Of a stretch of 64,000 nucleotides of DNA, positions 54,665-64,000 are shown one piece after another. A program made the translations under genes and the position numbers. Position 1 is the stretch's first letter; every line of letters begins with the position of its first letter. Source of the stretch: a virus. Lineage: Duplodnaviria; Caudoviricetes. The DNA lies in IMG/VR virus record IMGVR_UViG_2917791510_000001, positions 1 to 64,000 of that record; one strand, 5' to 3'. The notes under the pieces were generated by a model that saw only the letters and a program-made list of their open reading frames with translations, had not been told where the DNA came from and ran no database searches.

Positions 54665-56479
54665 GTGCCGTGGTACGACGTGTTCCGGGGCCGTGCGACT
54701 GGCGAGCCCGCCCCGCTGCCGGTCCCGCCCGCCGATGCCCTGACCGCCGCTGCCGCGCCGCCGCGCAGCCCGGAGACGCAGTTCCTGCGCCACTCCGAGC
54801 GGTGGCAGAACGAGGTGTGGGCCTTCCACGACACCCTCGGAGAGTTCAACTTCGGCATCGGCTGGCAGGCCAACATGTTGTCCAGGATCCGGCTGCGCGC
54901 CGCCCGGCTCCAGGCGGACCAGGACGAACCGGAGATCGCCACCAGCGGCCCGGCTGCCGACCTGATGATGCGCCTGTCAGGAGGTGTCGGCGGTCAGGCG
55001 CAGCTCATGCGGCGCCTGTCGGTGCAGCTCTCCCTTCCCGGCGAGGGCTACCTGATCGGCGAGACCACCGGGAAGCTGGAGCAGTGGCAGGTCAGGTCCG
55101 TGGACGAGGTCCGCGTGCAGTCCGGCGTCTACCAGGTGATGGACGAGAACACGGTGACAACGGGCCAGGAGTGGCGCGACCTCGCCGACGACCACCACAT
55201 CGTCCGGGTGTGGCGCCCTCATGACCGCTACTACCACCTCGCCGACTCGCCGGCCCGGTCCGCCCGGGAGGTCATGCGCGAGCTGGAACTGATCAACCGG
55301 AAGATCACGGCCGAGTACTTGAGCCGCCTGGCGTCCGCCGGTGTCCTCGCCATCCCGGACGAGATCAGTTTCCCGGTGCGGGAGGAGTTCGCCGACGAGC
55401 CCAATCCGCTGATGGCCGAGTGGGTGGAGATCGCCGCCACGGCCATCAAGAACCCGGGCACCGCGTCCGCCGTCATCCCCATTCCGCTGACCGGTCCGGC
55501 CGATGTCATCGACAAGATCAAGCACATCGACTTCACGTTGAAGATCGATGAGAAGACCATCGAGCGGCGGGACTCGGCGATCCGTCGCCTGGCCATGAAG
55601 CTGGACATCCCCAGCGAAATCCTTCTCGGCATGGGCAAGTCGAACCACTGGAGCGCATGGGCGATCGATGAAGGCGCGCTGAAGGCCCACATCGCGCCGC
55701 TGGCGGAACTGATCTGTGACTCCCTCACGCGTGGCTACCTTCAGCCCCGGCTCGAGGCGTCCGGCGAGGACCCTGCACAGTGGGTCGTCTGGTACGACAT
55801 GAGTGAGCTGGCCCTGAAGCCAGACCGGTCCGGGAATGCCACGCTTGCTTACGACCGGCAGGAGCTGTCCGGGTCCGCATACCGGCGGGAACTGGGCTTC
55901 GATGAGGACGACGCCCCGCAGCCGGCCGACATCGAGGACATCGGGCTCAAGCTGCTGCTGCGCACCGTGCCGAACGCGGCACCGTCGGCCCTGGACAAGC
56001 TGGCCGGACACAAAGTGCTCGAGGTGGACGCCGGCTCCACGGCCGCGACGGGCGGGGGCGCGAGCCCTCCCGGCGAGGAACCTCCGCCGACGGCGGAGCA
56101 GACGGGGCCGCCGAAGCAGAACAGTCAGCCCCCGCCGACGGAGAAGACCCCGCCCGGCCAGGCGGCTGCCGAGGCGCGGGCGCAGCGGCTGGTGCAGCAG
56201 GCCCGGACGCAGCACATGCTCCGGGTCGGCGCGGCCGGCCGGTGGGATCTGCTCCACCCGGGGTTGTGCGGGGAGCACGAGTACTCGTGTCCGTTCACGC
56301 ATGCGGTCGCCACGGCGGCGCCGTCGGTGCGGCCCGGGTCGTCCGGCACGTACCTGTGCCACCTGGACGCCTTCGGCCGCCTGGTCCTCGACGGCCGCAG
56401 TCCGTACGCCGACACCACCTCCATGATCTCCACGTCCCTGGTGCCGAGGGCGGTGAACGGCCATGCCCCAGCCCACTGA
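54665..56479 (+). CDS. Portal protein
   Basis: First gene of the head module; R.SAIRRLA..LDIP.E.LLG..NHWSAW; late-type promoter at 54608. Confidence 0.85.
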   Translation: MPWYDVFRGRATGEPAPLPVPPADALTAAAAPPRSPETQFLRHSERWQNEVWAFHDTLGEFNFGIGWQANMLSRIRLRAARLQADQDEPEIATSGPAADLMMRLSGGVGGQAQLMRRLSVQLSLPGEGYLIGETTGKLEQWQVRSVDEVRVQSGVYQVMDENTVTTGQEWRDLADDHHIVRVWRPHDRYYHLADSPARSAREVMRELELINRKITAEYLSRLASAGVLAIPDEISFPVREEFADEPNPLMAEWVEIAATAIKNPGTASAVIPIPLTGPADVIDKIKHIDFTLKIDEKTIERRDSAIRRLAMKLDIPSEILLGMGKSNHWSAWAIDEGALKAHIAPLAELICDSLTRGYLQPRLEASGEDPAQWVVWYDMSELALKPDRSGNATLAYDRQELSGSAYRRELGFDEDDAPQPADIEDIGLKLLLRTVPNAAPSALDKLAGHKVLEVDAGSTAATGGGASPPGEEPPPTAEQTGPPKQNSQPPPTEKTPPGQAAAEARAQRLVQQARTQHMLRVGAAGRWDLLHPGLCGEHEYSCPFTHAVATAAPSVRPGSSGTYLCHLDAFGRLVLDGRSPYADTTSMISTSLVPRAVNGHAPAH

Positions 56480-59400
56480 GCACCGGTGCGGCCTGACGGC
56501 GGCCGGGGACGACCACACCTCCGGCGGGATGATCGCGCTGATGCCGATGGCCGAGGACGCTGCGCGCCTCGCCATCGACGGCGGGGAGCCGCCCGAGGAG
56601 CTGCACCTGACGCTCCAGTACCTCGGGGACGACGGCTCGCTGTTCACCCCGGAGGAGCGCACCGGGCTACTGGACGAACTACGGATGCTCAGCCAGGATC
56701 TGCCGCCGGTCGTGTCGAAAATTTTCGGCATTGCCCACTGGAACGGTGACGGCGACTCCCCGGCGTGGGTGTGGTCCGTCGGCGACAGCCCGGACGGCAT
56801 CGCACTGGACGCCGTGCACGAGATGGCCGAGGAGGCAGTGTGGGCCACGGCGCTGGACGTCCCGGACCAGCACTGCCCCTGGGCAGCCCGTATATGCGCT
56901 GCGTACACCGACGATCTGTCCCTGGCCCCGGAGCTGGAACAGCGCCTCGGCCCGGTGACGTTCGACCGGATCCGCGTCTCCTTCGGCGACGAGGACCACG
57001 ACATACCCCTGACCGGTGACCCGGTCACCGCGTCCGCCGCGTGGATGCCCCGCCGGGATCTGACCCCACTGGAAGTCGCGTCCCGGGCCGACTTCGCCTC
57101 CGTGCACCACCAGTGGGAGGCGGCGACGACCCGGGCCCTCGGCGCCCTGGCCTCGGTGACGGCCGCCTGGCGGCTGGACCTGCGCCAGCAGATCACCCAA
57201 CGGCTCGCGGCCGACGACCCCGGCGCCCTGCCTGATCTGACGCTGAACACGGGCGACGCGGCCGGCGTCCTGCTCAGCCTCATGGAGGAGTACGCGGTTC
57301 AGGCCGGGCGGGCCTGCCAGCGTGAGGCCGAGGCACAAGGCGTCACCGTCCCCGACTGGCACATCCCCGACGACGACGGTGAGGACGGGCCCCTGGTGGC
57401 GGCCGGCGGCCGGCGGCTGCTGCGCTCCATCGCCGACTTCACGTCCGACCTGATCGCCGGGTCCATGCTCCAGGCGGCCAAGCGGACCCTGTCCGGCTGG
57501 CTTCGCTCCAAGGCCACCCCGGAAGCGGTGGCCGGTGAGGTGGACCGCGCGCTCGCGGACGACAAGCCCGGCATGCGCGGGGCGGCCGGGTCGGCGATGA
57601 CGGCCGCGCAGAACGCAGGCCGGCTCGCGGTGTTCACGGCCGCCCCGGCGGCGAACACCTACGCAGCCTCGGAGGTCAACGACAACCGGACCTGTCGGGC
57701 CTGCAAGCAAATCGACGGCACCGAGTTCGCCAGCCTCGGCGAGGCCATGGATGCGTACCCGGTGATGGGTTACGCGAATTGCTCCGGCGCCGCGCACGGC
57801 AATGCGTGCCGGGGATTCCTGATCGCTCTCTGGCAGGAAGTGCGGGACCCGTCCGTGACGGCGGGTGCCGGAACTCAACTGGCCGCGTCAGGCGCGGCGA
57901 AAGGAGACACCATCGTGACGACCGCGACCGACGCGCAGACCGAGGGTCTGGCAGACAAGCAGTGCCCGCCGGGCATGGAGCCCGACCAGGACGGCAAGTG
58001 CGTCAAGGTGCAGGCAGCCGGCGACGCCGAGGCCCTGGCCAAGGGTGAGCCGAACCCGGGCACGAAGAAGGACAAGCGGCTGAAGGAGAACCGGCAGTCG
58101 GCCGCCGGACAGCCCGACTGCCCGCCCGGGATGAAGCCGGACCCCGACGGGGACGGCTGCGTACCCACCGGGCAGTCAGCCGCCGTGAAGTGCCCTCCCG
58201 GCTGGGAGCCGGACAGCAAGGGCGACGGCTGTGTCCCGTCCAAGAAGTCCGCCGGCGACGCCGAAACCCTGGCGCACGGCGCGGCGGCCGAAGCGCAGGC
58301 CGTGGAGGGCAAGCCGCTGGACGCGATGGACGGCGGGCAGACCGCGCCGTGGCGGGGGCCGCTGACCGTGGAGGGCATCGAGACCGGTGACGGCCGCGAG
58401 TTCAAGCCCGAGGCCCTGACGTGGGCGGACCTGCCGCTGCCGCTGCGCTGGAACAAGGAGGACTCGCACGGCGGGGAGCCGCACACCGTGGCGGTCAACG
58501 TCGGCCGGATCGACAACATCTGGCGTGAGGACGGCGGCCTGGTCATGGGCGAGGGCGTCCTGGACCTCTCCGACGAGGACGGTCAGCGGGTCCACGACAA
58601 GATCAAGAACCAGATGCTGCGCGGTGTGTCCGTGGACGTCGACTCCATCAAGGACGCCGACATGGAGCTGGTCTGGCCGAGCGACCCGGACGCCGACGGC
58701 GAGGGCAGCCCGTTCGACATGCTCTTCGCGTCCCCGGAGAAGGTCGTCTTCAACAAGGGCCGGATCAGGGCGGCCACCCTCGTGGACATCCCGGCTTTCG
58801 CCGAGGCGTACATCGCGCTGCTCGGCGAGGACGGCGCGGTCGTCGCCGGCGGCGAGCCCATCGGGGCGATGCGCGAGGTCCGCGTCCTGCGCGCCGCCGC
58901 CCTGACCGTGGACGCGCCGGTGCGTCCGCCGGCCGCGTGGTTCACCGACCCGCACCTGTCCGTGCCGACCGGCATCACCGTGACCCCGGAGGGCCGGGTG
59001 TACGGGCACGCCGCGCTGTGGGGCACCTGCCACATCGGCCAGGCCGGTGTGTGCGTGACGCCGCCTCAAGAGGAGAGCCACCCGTACTTCATGACGGGCA
59101 ACGTCTGGTGCGAGGACCAGTCCTCCGTCCAGGTCGGCCAGATCACGGTGGGCACCGGGCACGCGCCGCTGTCCTACGGCTACCGGGCCGCGTCCGACCA
59201 CTACGACAACACCGGCGCGGCGGTCGCCGACGTCGCGGTGGGCAACGACGGCCACGGCATCTGGGTGGCCGGCTCGATCCGGCCCGGGACGGACGAGTCC
59301 CGCATCAGGGAGCTGCGCGCCGCAGGTCAGGTGTCCGGTGACTGGCGCCGTATCGGCGGATCGCTGCGGCTGGTGGGCCTGCTCGCCGTGAACGTCCCCG

Positions 59401-59570
59401 GCTTCCCGGTGCCGAAGCTGCGCACCCACCTGGCGTCCAACCAGCAGCTCGCCCTCGTCGCGGCCGGTATCCCGCAGCTCCACGAGGCCGTCAGCGAGAC
59501 GGAGCTGGACCAGTGGGCCTACCGCCGCGTCCTTCAGACCCTGTCCCGCAAAGTCCACGGAGAGGAGTGA
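56463..59570 (+). CDS. Head assembly fusion: 2H phosphoesterase-like + MuF-like + Cys repeats + capsid maturation protease-like domains
   Basis: ELHLTL; TCRAC...DG..CRG; EGIETGDGR, H..A..VGRID, RGVSVD, ATLV.IPAF, SGDWR. Confidence 0.75.
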   Translation: MPQPTEHRCGLTAAGDDHTSGGMIALMPMAEDAARLAIDGGEPPEELHLTLQYLGDDGSLFTPEERTGLLDELRMLSQDLPPVVSKIFGIAHWNGDGDSPAWVWSVGDSPDGIALDAVHEMAEEAVWATALDVPDQHCPWAARICAAYTDDLSLAPELEQRLGPVTFDRIRVSFGDEDHDIPLTGDPVTASAAWMPRRDLTPLEVASRADFASVHHQWEAATTRALGALASVTAAWRLDLRQQITQRLAADDPGALPDLTLNTGDAAGVLLSLMEEYAVQAGRACQREAEAQGVTVPDWHIPDDDGEDGPLVAAGGRRLLRSIADFTSDLIAGSMLQAAKRTLSGWLRSKATPEAVAGEVDRALADDKPGMRGAAGSAMTAAQNAGRLAVFTAAPAANTYAASEVNDNRTCRACKQIDGTEFASLGEAMDAYPVMGYANCSGAAHGNACRGFLIALWQEVRDPSVTAGAGTQLAASGAAKGDTIVTTATDAQTEGLADKQCPPGMEPDQDGKCVKVQAAGDAEALAKGEPNPGTKKDKRLKENRQSAAGQPDCPPGMKPDPDGDGCVPTGQSAAVKCPPGWEPDSKGDGCVPSKKSAGDAETLAHGAAAEAQAVEGKPLDAMDGGQTAPWRGPLTVEGIETGDGREFKPEALTWADLPLPLRWNKEDSHGGEPHTVAVNVGRIDNIWREDGGLVMGEGVLDLSDEDGQRVHDKIKNQMLRGVSVDVDSIKDADMELVWPSDPDADGEGSPFDMLFASPEKVVFNKGRIRAATLVDIPAFAEAYIALLGEDGAVVAGGEPIGAMREVRVLRAAALTVDAPVRPPAAWFTDPHLSVPTGITVTPEGRVYGHAALWGTCHIGQAGVCVTPPQEESHPYFMTGNVWCEDQSSVQVGQITVGTGHAPLSYGYRAASDHYDNTGAAVADVAVGNDGHGIWVAGSIRPGTDESRIRELRAAGQVSGDWRRIGGSLRLVGLLAVNVPGFPVPKLRTHLASNQQLALVAAGIPQLHEAVSETELDQWAYRRVLQTLSRKVHGEE

Positions 59571-59575
59571 TCCCT

Positions 59576-59647
59576 ATGTGCGGATGTAACCAGCCCCCGC
59601 CCCCGCCGCCTCCGCCCCCGGCGCCGATCGGCGGGGAGCAGGGCTGA
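59576..59647 (+). CDS. 23-aa micropeptide MCGCNQPPPPPPPPPAPIGGEQG
   Basis: SD GAGGAG; lies between the protease and capsid genes. Confidence 0.5.
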   Translation: MCGCNQPPPPPPPPPAPIGGEQG

Positions 59648-59757
59648 GCAGCACAGACGGCCGAATCGTCCGGAGTCCTTGTGGCTTTTGGCGATTCGGC
59701 CGTTTGTATGTACCGTGCGCGCCGACTTGATCTCGGCCGCTTCCCACGGAGGTTTCA

Positions 59758-61551
59758 GTGCCGGAGCCGGAGCTTTTTACCGCACCTGACGACCTCTCCC
59801 TGGTGGGCGAGGCCGAGCTGCGTGAGCTGGAGACGAGTGCGGTCGCGGAGTTCGACCGCATCTCGGGACTCCAGCACATCACCCCCGACCACATCACCTA
59901 CTCCCAGCGCCTGACCCGCGACCTGGACCGGCTGCGCGCCGAGCTGCGCGTACGTGCCGTCCGTGCCGAAGAGCAGGCCGCCACCGCGCAGCAGGAGGCG
60001 ACCCGCCAGATGGCCCTCCTGCGCCAGTCCGTCCACGCCGGCGAAGGCGAGGGCGGCGACGGTGCCGGCGGCGAGGCTGCTGTCCCGGCCGTCACCGCAG
60101 GCGGGCGCCTCGACATGGCCGCGCTGACCGAGGCCATGGCCCGGGGCATGGTCACCGCGCTGTACGGCGAGGACGCCCCGGAGCCGGTGCGCCGCCGCGT
60201 CGCCTCCCTGTCGCAGGTCCGCGAGCGGGCCCCGCAGGCCAAGGTTCCGGACGCGACGATGGCCGTGACGGCATCCGTCGACATCCCCGGCGTCGCGGCC
60301 GGGCAGTCCATGCCGACGCTGGAGGCCCTCGGCGAGGCATTCCGTGCCAAGGCGAAGGCCATCCCCACCACGCAGTACGGCGAGCGGGGCGCCCCGCGTC
60401 ACCTGGTCGCGAGCGTCCGCAACCAGTTCGATCACACCGTGGACGACAGGACGTCGGCGAGCACCATCGAGGAACTGTGGCACTCGATGACGCAGGAGGG
60501 CGGCAAGGCTGAAGCCCTGCTCGCCGGTGGTGGCTGGTGCGCTCCGTCGCAGATCAGCTACGAGTTCTTCAACATCGCTGACGCCCCCTCCGGGCTCATC
60601 GACCTGCCGACCGTCGGCGTCAGCCGTGGCGGCATCCGCTACCCGGTCAGCCCCGCCATCGGTGACGTGTTCTTCCAGGCGGGCGGGTCCAACCCGGCCA
60701 CCGGTATGGGCGGCTTCGCGGCCACCTTCTCCAACGCGTCCGACCCGTGGCTGTGGACCGAGACGGACGACATCCTCACCGTCACCGGATCCGTCAACAA
60801 GCCGACCCTGCGCGTGCCGTGCCCCACGTTCAACGAAACCCGGCTCGAGGCCTACGGCATCTCGCTGACGGCGGGCAACCTGACGGACGACGCGTACCCG
60901 GAGGCGACGCAGAACTTCATCCGCCTGCTGCGCGCCGCGTACGCCCACACCATCAACGCCCGGAAGATCAGCCTCATGGTGGCGGCGTCCACGTCCGCGA
61001 TCACGTTCGGCGCGGGCACGTCCCCGGCCACACAGACGCTGCTGAGCGGTGTGGAGCTGGCCGCGATCGACTACCGGGCCAAGTTCGGCATGCGCGAGGA
61101 CGCGGTCCTCGAAGTCGTCCTGCCGGTATGGGTGCTCGCCGTCATCCGGGCCGACCTCGCATGGCGGACCAACGTGGAGCGCGAGTCGGTGTCGAACGCG
61201 CAGATCATGTCGTGGTTCACCGACCGGGCCGTGCGTCCTCAGTTCGTCTCCGACTGGCAGGTGCGCGGTGCGGGCCAGTTCGGCAACGTCGGATCGAACA
61301 AGACGTCCTGGCCCACCTCGGCGGACTTCCTCATGTACGCGGCCGGCACGTTCCTGCACGGCAACGGCCTCCAGCTCGACCTCGGCGTGATCCGCGACAG
61401 CGTCCTGAACGCGGAGAACGACTACACGGCGCTCTGGGCCGAGGAAGCGCACCTGATCGCCAAGGTCGGCCACGAGTCCCGCCGCTACACCGTCACCTTC
61501 GCGGTCGACGGCGCCGGTACCGCCGGTATCGCTGCCGCCGCGCAGATCTGA
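59758..61551 (+). CDS. Major capsid protein with N-terminal scaffold-like coiled coil
   Basis: ALLAGGGWCAPS..YEF, IDLP....RGGI; late-type promoter at 59690. Confidence 0.85.
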   Translation: MPEPELFTAPDDLSLVGEAELRELETSAVAEFDRISGLQHITPDHITYSQRLTRDLDRLRAELRVRAVRAEEQAATAQQEATRQMALLRQSVHAGEGEGGDGAGGEAAVPAVTAGGRLDMAALTEAMARGMVTALYGEDAPEPVRRRVASLSQVRERAPQAKVPDATMAVTASVDIPGVAAGQSMPTLEALGEAFRAKAKAIPTTQYGERGAPRHLVASVRNQFDHTVDDRTSASTIEELWHSMTQEGGKAEALLAGGGWCAPSQISYEFFNIADAPSGLIDLPTVGVSRGGIRYPVSPAIGDVFFQAGGSNPATGMGGFAATFSNASDPWLWTETDDILTVTGSVNKPTLRVPCPTFNETRLEAYGISLTAGNLTDDAYPEATQNFIRLLRAAYAHTINARKISLMVAASTSAITFGAGTSPATQTLLSGVELAAIDYRAKFGMREDAVLEVVLPVWVLAVIRADLAWRTNVERESVSNAQIMSWFTDRAVRPQFVSDWQVRGAGQFGNVGSNKTSWPTSADFLMYAAGTFLHGNGLQLDLGVIRDSVLNAENDYTALWAEEAHLIAKVGHESRRYTVTFAVDGAGTAGIAAAAQI

Positions 61552-61587
61552 TCCGTGACCGCACCGGCCGTGAAGGGAGCGTGACTC

Positions 61588-62490
61588 GTGGCAGGAATCC
61601 GGGACATAGTCGACGGCCCCGCCTTCGTCGCGCTCCCCAACGCACTGTGGGACGTCGCCCAGCATCCCGTGCCGGGCGGCCCGCACTGGCAGCAGGGCGT
61701 CACCTGGGAGGAATGGTGCGGCGGCGGCGGCACCCTCATGGACGAGTGCCTCGCCGTCACCGGCACCGGGGGCGCTCCCGCCCCGCAGACGTCGATGACG
61801 GGTGGCGTCACTCAGACCAACCGGGGAGCGACCGCGTTCACGGTGTTCGCCGAGTTCGACTGCTCGGCCGTCGGCCAGGATCTGGAGCGCAACCAGGCCG
61901 AGGAGGCGCTGCTGCGCACGGAGGCCTGGCAGGTGTCCCGGGCGTTCTGGACCGGCCAGGCGGGCACCACGGCGGGCGGGGCGGCCACCACGGTCTGGCC
62001 CCACCTGGCGGCGAACGCCGTGCTGAACGACCCGCAGGGCATCAAGCTCCAGACGGCCGCCAGCCCGATGGTCACCGGCGGGGACGACACGGCCGTGGTC
62101 CTCGGCGCGCTGGAATCGCAGCTCGCCGCCTGCTACGGGGGTGTGGGTGTCATCCACGTCCCCTACGCCGCGCTCCCGTCGTTCGCTTCGCGGATGCTGG
62201 TCAAGCAGGGCGATGACGGACTGCTGCGCACCACGGCGGGAAACGTCGTGGTCGCCGGGCAGGGGTACACCGGGTCCGGGCCCGACGGCTCGGCACCCGC
62301 CGCCGGCACGTCGTGGATCTACGCCACCGGCGCGCTGTTCGCGTACCGGAGCGACGTGTTCGTGAGGGACTTCCCCGGCACGCTCGACAGGACCAAGAAC
62401 ACCATCCGCAAAATCGCCAGCCGTACGTACTTGGTTGGTTTTGAATGTTGTCATCTCGCGGCACTCCTGAACCTGGGGGTGCCGACATGA
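61588..62490 (+). CDS. Second capsid-associated protein (possible pentamer capsid protein)
   Basis: Follows the major capsid gene; W..GV..C, T..GN.VV.G.GY, WIYATG. Confidence 0.6.
   Translation: MAGIRDIVDGPAFVALPNALWDVAQHPVPGGPHWQQGVTWEEWCGGGGTLMDECLAVTGTGGAPAPQTSMTGGVTQTNRGATAFTVFAEFDCSAVGQDLERNQAEEALLRTEAWQVSRAFWTGQAGTTAGGAATTVWPHLAANAVLNDPQGIKLQTAASPMVTGGDDTAVVLGALESQLAACYGGVGVIHVPYAALPSFASRMLVKQGDDGLLRTTAGNVVVAGQGYTGSGPDGSAPAAGTSWIYATGALFAYRSDVFVRDFPGTLDRTKNTIRKIASRTYLVGFECCHLAALLNLGVPT
62446..62490 (+). repeat. Recoded copy of the gene 3' end (CCHLAALLNLGVPT-stop), copy 1
   Basis: Same peptide as 63099-63143; 13 of 15 codons differ synonymously. Confidence 0.9.
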
Positions 62491-62495
62491 CAGCC

Positions 62496-63071
62496 CTACG
62501 TGGAGCGCGTCCTCCGCTGGCCGCTGCGAATCTTGCTGACCGTGGTGGGGTGGCAACCCAGGCGCGCGGCAATGGCCTTGTTCGTCTCGGGGCTGCTCCG
62601 GATCTCTTGGACAACCTCGTCCGGGATCCAGAATTGCGGAATTTGGGCTCCGTGTGCGGTCCGACCGTGCCGTTCTCGGTCTTCGGCATTCTCCTGCGCG
62701 GTCCCCGCCCGGATGTGAAGCGGGTTGACGCACGGCGGATTTCCACAGCTATGCCGTGTGTGGCCGCCCGGCGGGGGCAACTCGCGTCCGGTGAGGATCA
62801 GTACGGCCCGGCACAAGTACATCTTGTGCCCGTTGATCCTCACCGCGCCGTAACCGCCGTTCCCCGGATGGAACGGGTGCAGGACACACTCGTCAGTCGG
62901 GTGCTCGGCAAGGTGCTTGAGCGTTTCGCGCAGCCATTGCAGGACCGAGCCACGCCAAGGACCGCCCGCCAGGGGGTCCCCGTACTTGTGGTTCCGCGTG
63001 TAGTGCGGTTGGCAGAAGCCCTTGGCGTAGTACGCCCGGGTGCACCCGTTTATCGTGCAAGATCTCCCCAT
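62496..63071 (-). CDS. Free-standing HNH homing endonuclease
   Basis: C.INGC...AKGFC..HY Zn finger; RHSCGNPPCVNPLH..GT..EN; C-terminal HTH; TATAAT 6 nt upstream. Confidence 0.88.
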   Translation of the reverse strand: MGRSCTINGCTRAYYAKGFCQPHYTRNHKYGDPLAGGPWRGSVLQWLRETLKHLAEHPTDECVLHPFHPGNGGYGAVRINGHKMYLCRAVLILTGRELPPPGGHTRHSCGNPPCVNPLHIRAGTAQENAEDRERHGRTAHGAQIPQFWIPDEVVQEIRSSPETNKAIAARLGCHPTTVSKIRSGQRRTRST

Positions 63072-63098
63072 TCGCCCATTATAGCTAACGGCAAAGTG

Positions 63099-63143
63099 TG
63101 CTGTCACCTGGCAGCGCTGCTCAACCTCGGCGTTCCCACCTAA
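63099..63143 (+). repeat. Displaced 3' end of the upstream gene, copy 2
   Basis: Encodes CCHLAALLNLGVPT-stop and is followed by the SD of the tail gene. Confidence 0.9.
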
Positions 63144-63157
63144 GGGGTGAACAACTC

Positions 63158-63856
63158 GTGACTTCAACCGTGGCCTCTGCGGTAACCCCCATCAAGGGGA
63201 CGCACTACCGCATCATCAAACTCGACGCGTGCGGCAACCCGGTCACCGGAACCGGCAGCATGGTCGTGGTGTCCAAGGGCTTCGTCCAGGTGCAGATGGA
63301 CGCGCAGTACGAGGACGGCACTGAGTTCGTCGAGCGGACGGCGGACGGCACGCTGTGCGTCAACCAGAAGGACAACCCGGTCCTCAAGCGCATGCAGCTC
63401 CAGATCGACTTCTGCGAGATCAACAGCACCGGCGCCTCGTACCTCGCCTCCGCCCGTGAACTGACCGCCAACGCGGCAGGCATCACGGGTCTCGGCTTCG
63501 CCTTCTCCGAGGGCTCACCGACCAACCGGTACTCCCTCGAGGTCTGGCAGCGGGTGGCCGGCTCCGGAGCCTGCGACCCGACCGGCCTCCAGCGCTACAT
63601 CTACAACGCGTGGCCCAACTGCGGCGCCACCAAGGTGGGCCAGTACACGATCCAGAACGGGCGGTCCACGTTCCAGATCACGTCCGAGACACAGGCGGCC
63701 TCCGCCGCCCCGACAATCGGCTGGGGTGACGGCCCCGGATCGGGGGCGACCTGGCTGCCTACGGGCGAGGTAGTGCAGTCGCTGGACCACTGGCTGTGGG
63801 CCGTCACCACGACACCGCCGCCGAACCCGTCGACCAACCCGACCACCCTGAGCTGA
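63158..63856 (+). CDS. Major tail (tube) protein-like
   Basis: KLDACG.P, E.G.E...A.G.LC, SLEVW; position after the head genes. Confidence 0.65.
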   Translation: MTSTVASAVTPIKGTHYRIIKLDACGNPVTGTGSMVVVSKGFVQVQMDAQYEDGTEFVERTADGTLCVNQKDNPVLKRMQLQIDFCEINSTGASYLASARELTANAAGITGLGFAFSEGSPTNRYSLEVWQRVAGSGACDPTGLQRYIYNAWPNCGATKVGQYTIQNGRSTFQITSETQAASAAPTIGWGDGPGSGATWLPTGEVVQSLDHWLWAVTTTPPPNPSTNPTTLS

Positions 63857-63857
63857 C

Positions 63858-64000
63858 GTGATCCTGACGGGCGAGCAGCACTGGGTCTGCCCTAACTGTG
63901 ACTTGCAGGAGCGGACCCAGAATCAGGGCAACCGGTTCCACCCCTGTCCGGGGCTCGCCGGGCTGCTCGCTCCGATGGTCCTGGACGGGGTGCGCTGCCG
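63858..64000 (+). CDS. Partial CDS (W.CPNC..FHPCPGL), runs off window
   Basis: GTG 1 nt after the previous stop; frame stays open to the end. Confidence 0.5.
   Translation, partial: MILTGEQHWVCPNCDLQERTQNQGNRFHPCPGLAGLLAPMVLDGVRC

Noticed and set aside
59755-62733. Long antisense ORFs (59755-62733, 54977-57283, 21370-23418, 413-2215 and similar)
   Set aside because: They are shadow frames of well-supported genes on the opposite strand in high-GC DNA, with no motifs or RBS.

Overview
The whole window reads as one high-GC actinobacterial (most likely Streptomyces) phage or phage-plasmid genome segment, and no host housekeeping genes are recognisable. The left arm (about 1-25.8 kb, mostly minus strand) holds small early genes in promoter/terminator cassettes, a glycosyltransferase-methyltransferase-epimerase operon, a Streptomyces-type conjugation module (TraB FtsK-like ATPase, TraA-like, Spd-like membrane proteins, clt-like repeats), RuvC, an SSB-like gene, a tRNA-like RNA, a PD-(D/E)XK exonuclease and an SF2 helicase with a class 3 intein. 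The right arm (plus strand) holds a single primase-SF3 helicase-exonuclease-PolA polypeptide with an ori-like inverted repeat in its linker, ParB-like and peptidase genes, TerS, RmlB, a multi-LuxR regulator, an Rpf-NlpC/P60-LysM hydrolase, TerL with an intein, lysis genes, an accessory island with a tyrosine recombinase, and then portal, 2H/MuF/protease fusion, capsid proteins and major tail protein. The standout observations are: (1) the TerL intein carries an HNH endonuclease in a different reading frame (dual coding); (2) an HNH insertion supplies a synonymously recoded copy of its target gene's 3' end; (3) a tRNA mimic has no anticodon loop; (4) several regulatory motifs recur, namely a 16-bp palindromic operator (16 copies), a late-type promoter GGCNRTTY-N13-TACCNT (6 copies, linking the sugar genes to virion genes), a GACCAAGGAA start-associated motif (20 copies) and two RecA-NDp/PafBC-like promoters; (5) virion genes and a conjugation system sit on one element. 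All protein calls come from motif recognition by eye, with no database search. Many start codons were reassigned from the ORF track using RBS and stop/start overlaps.
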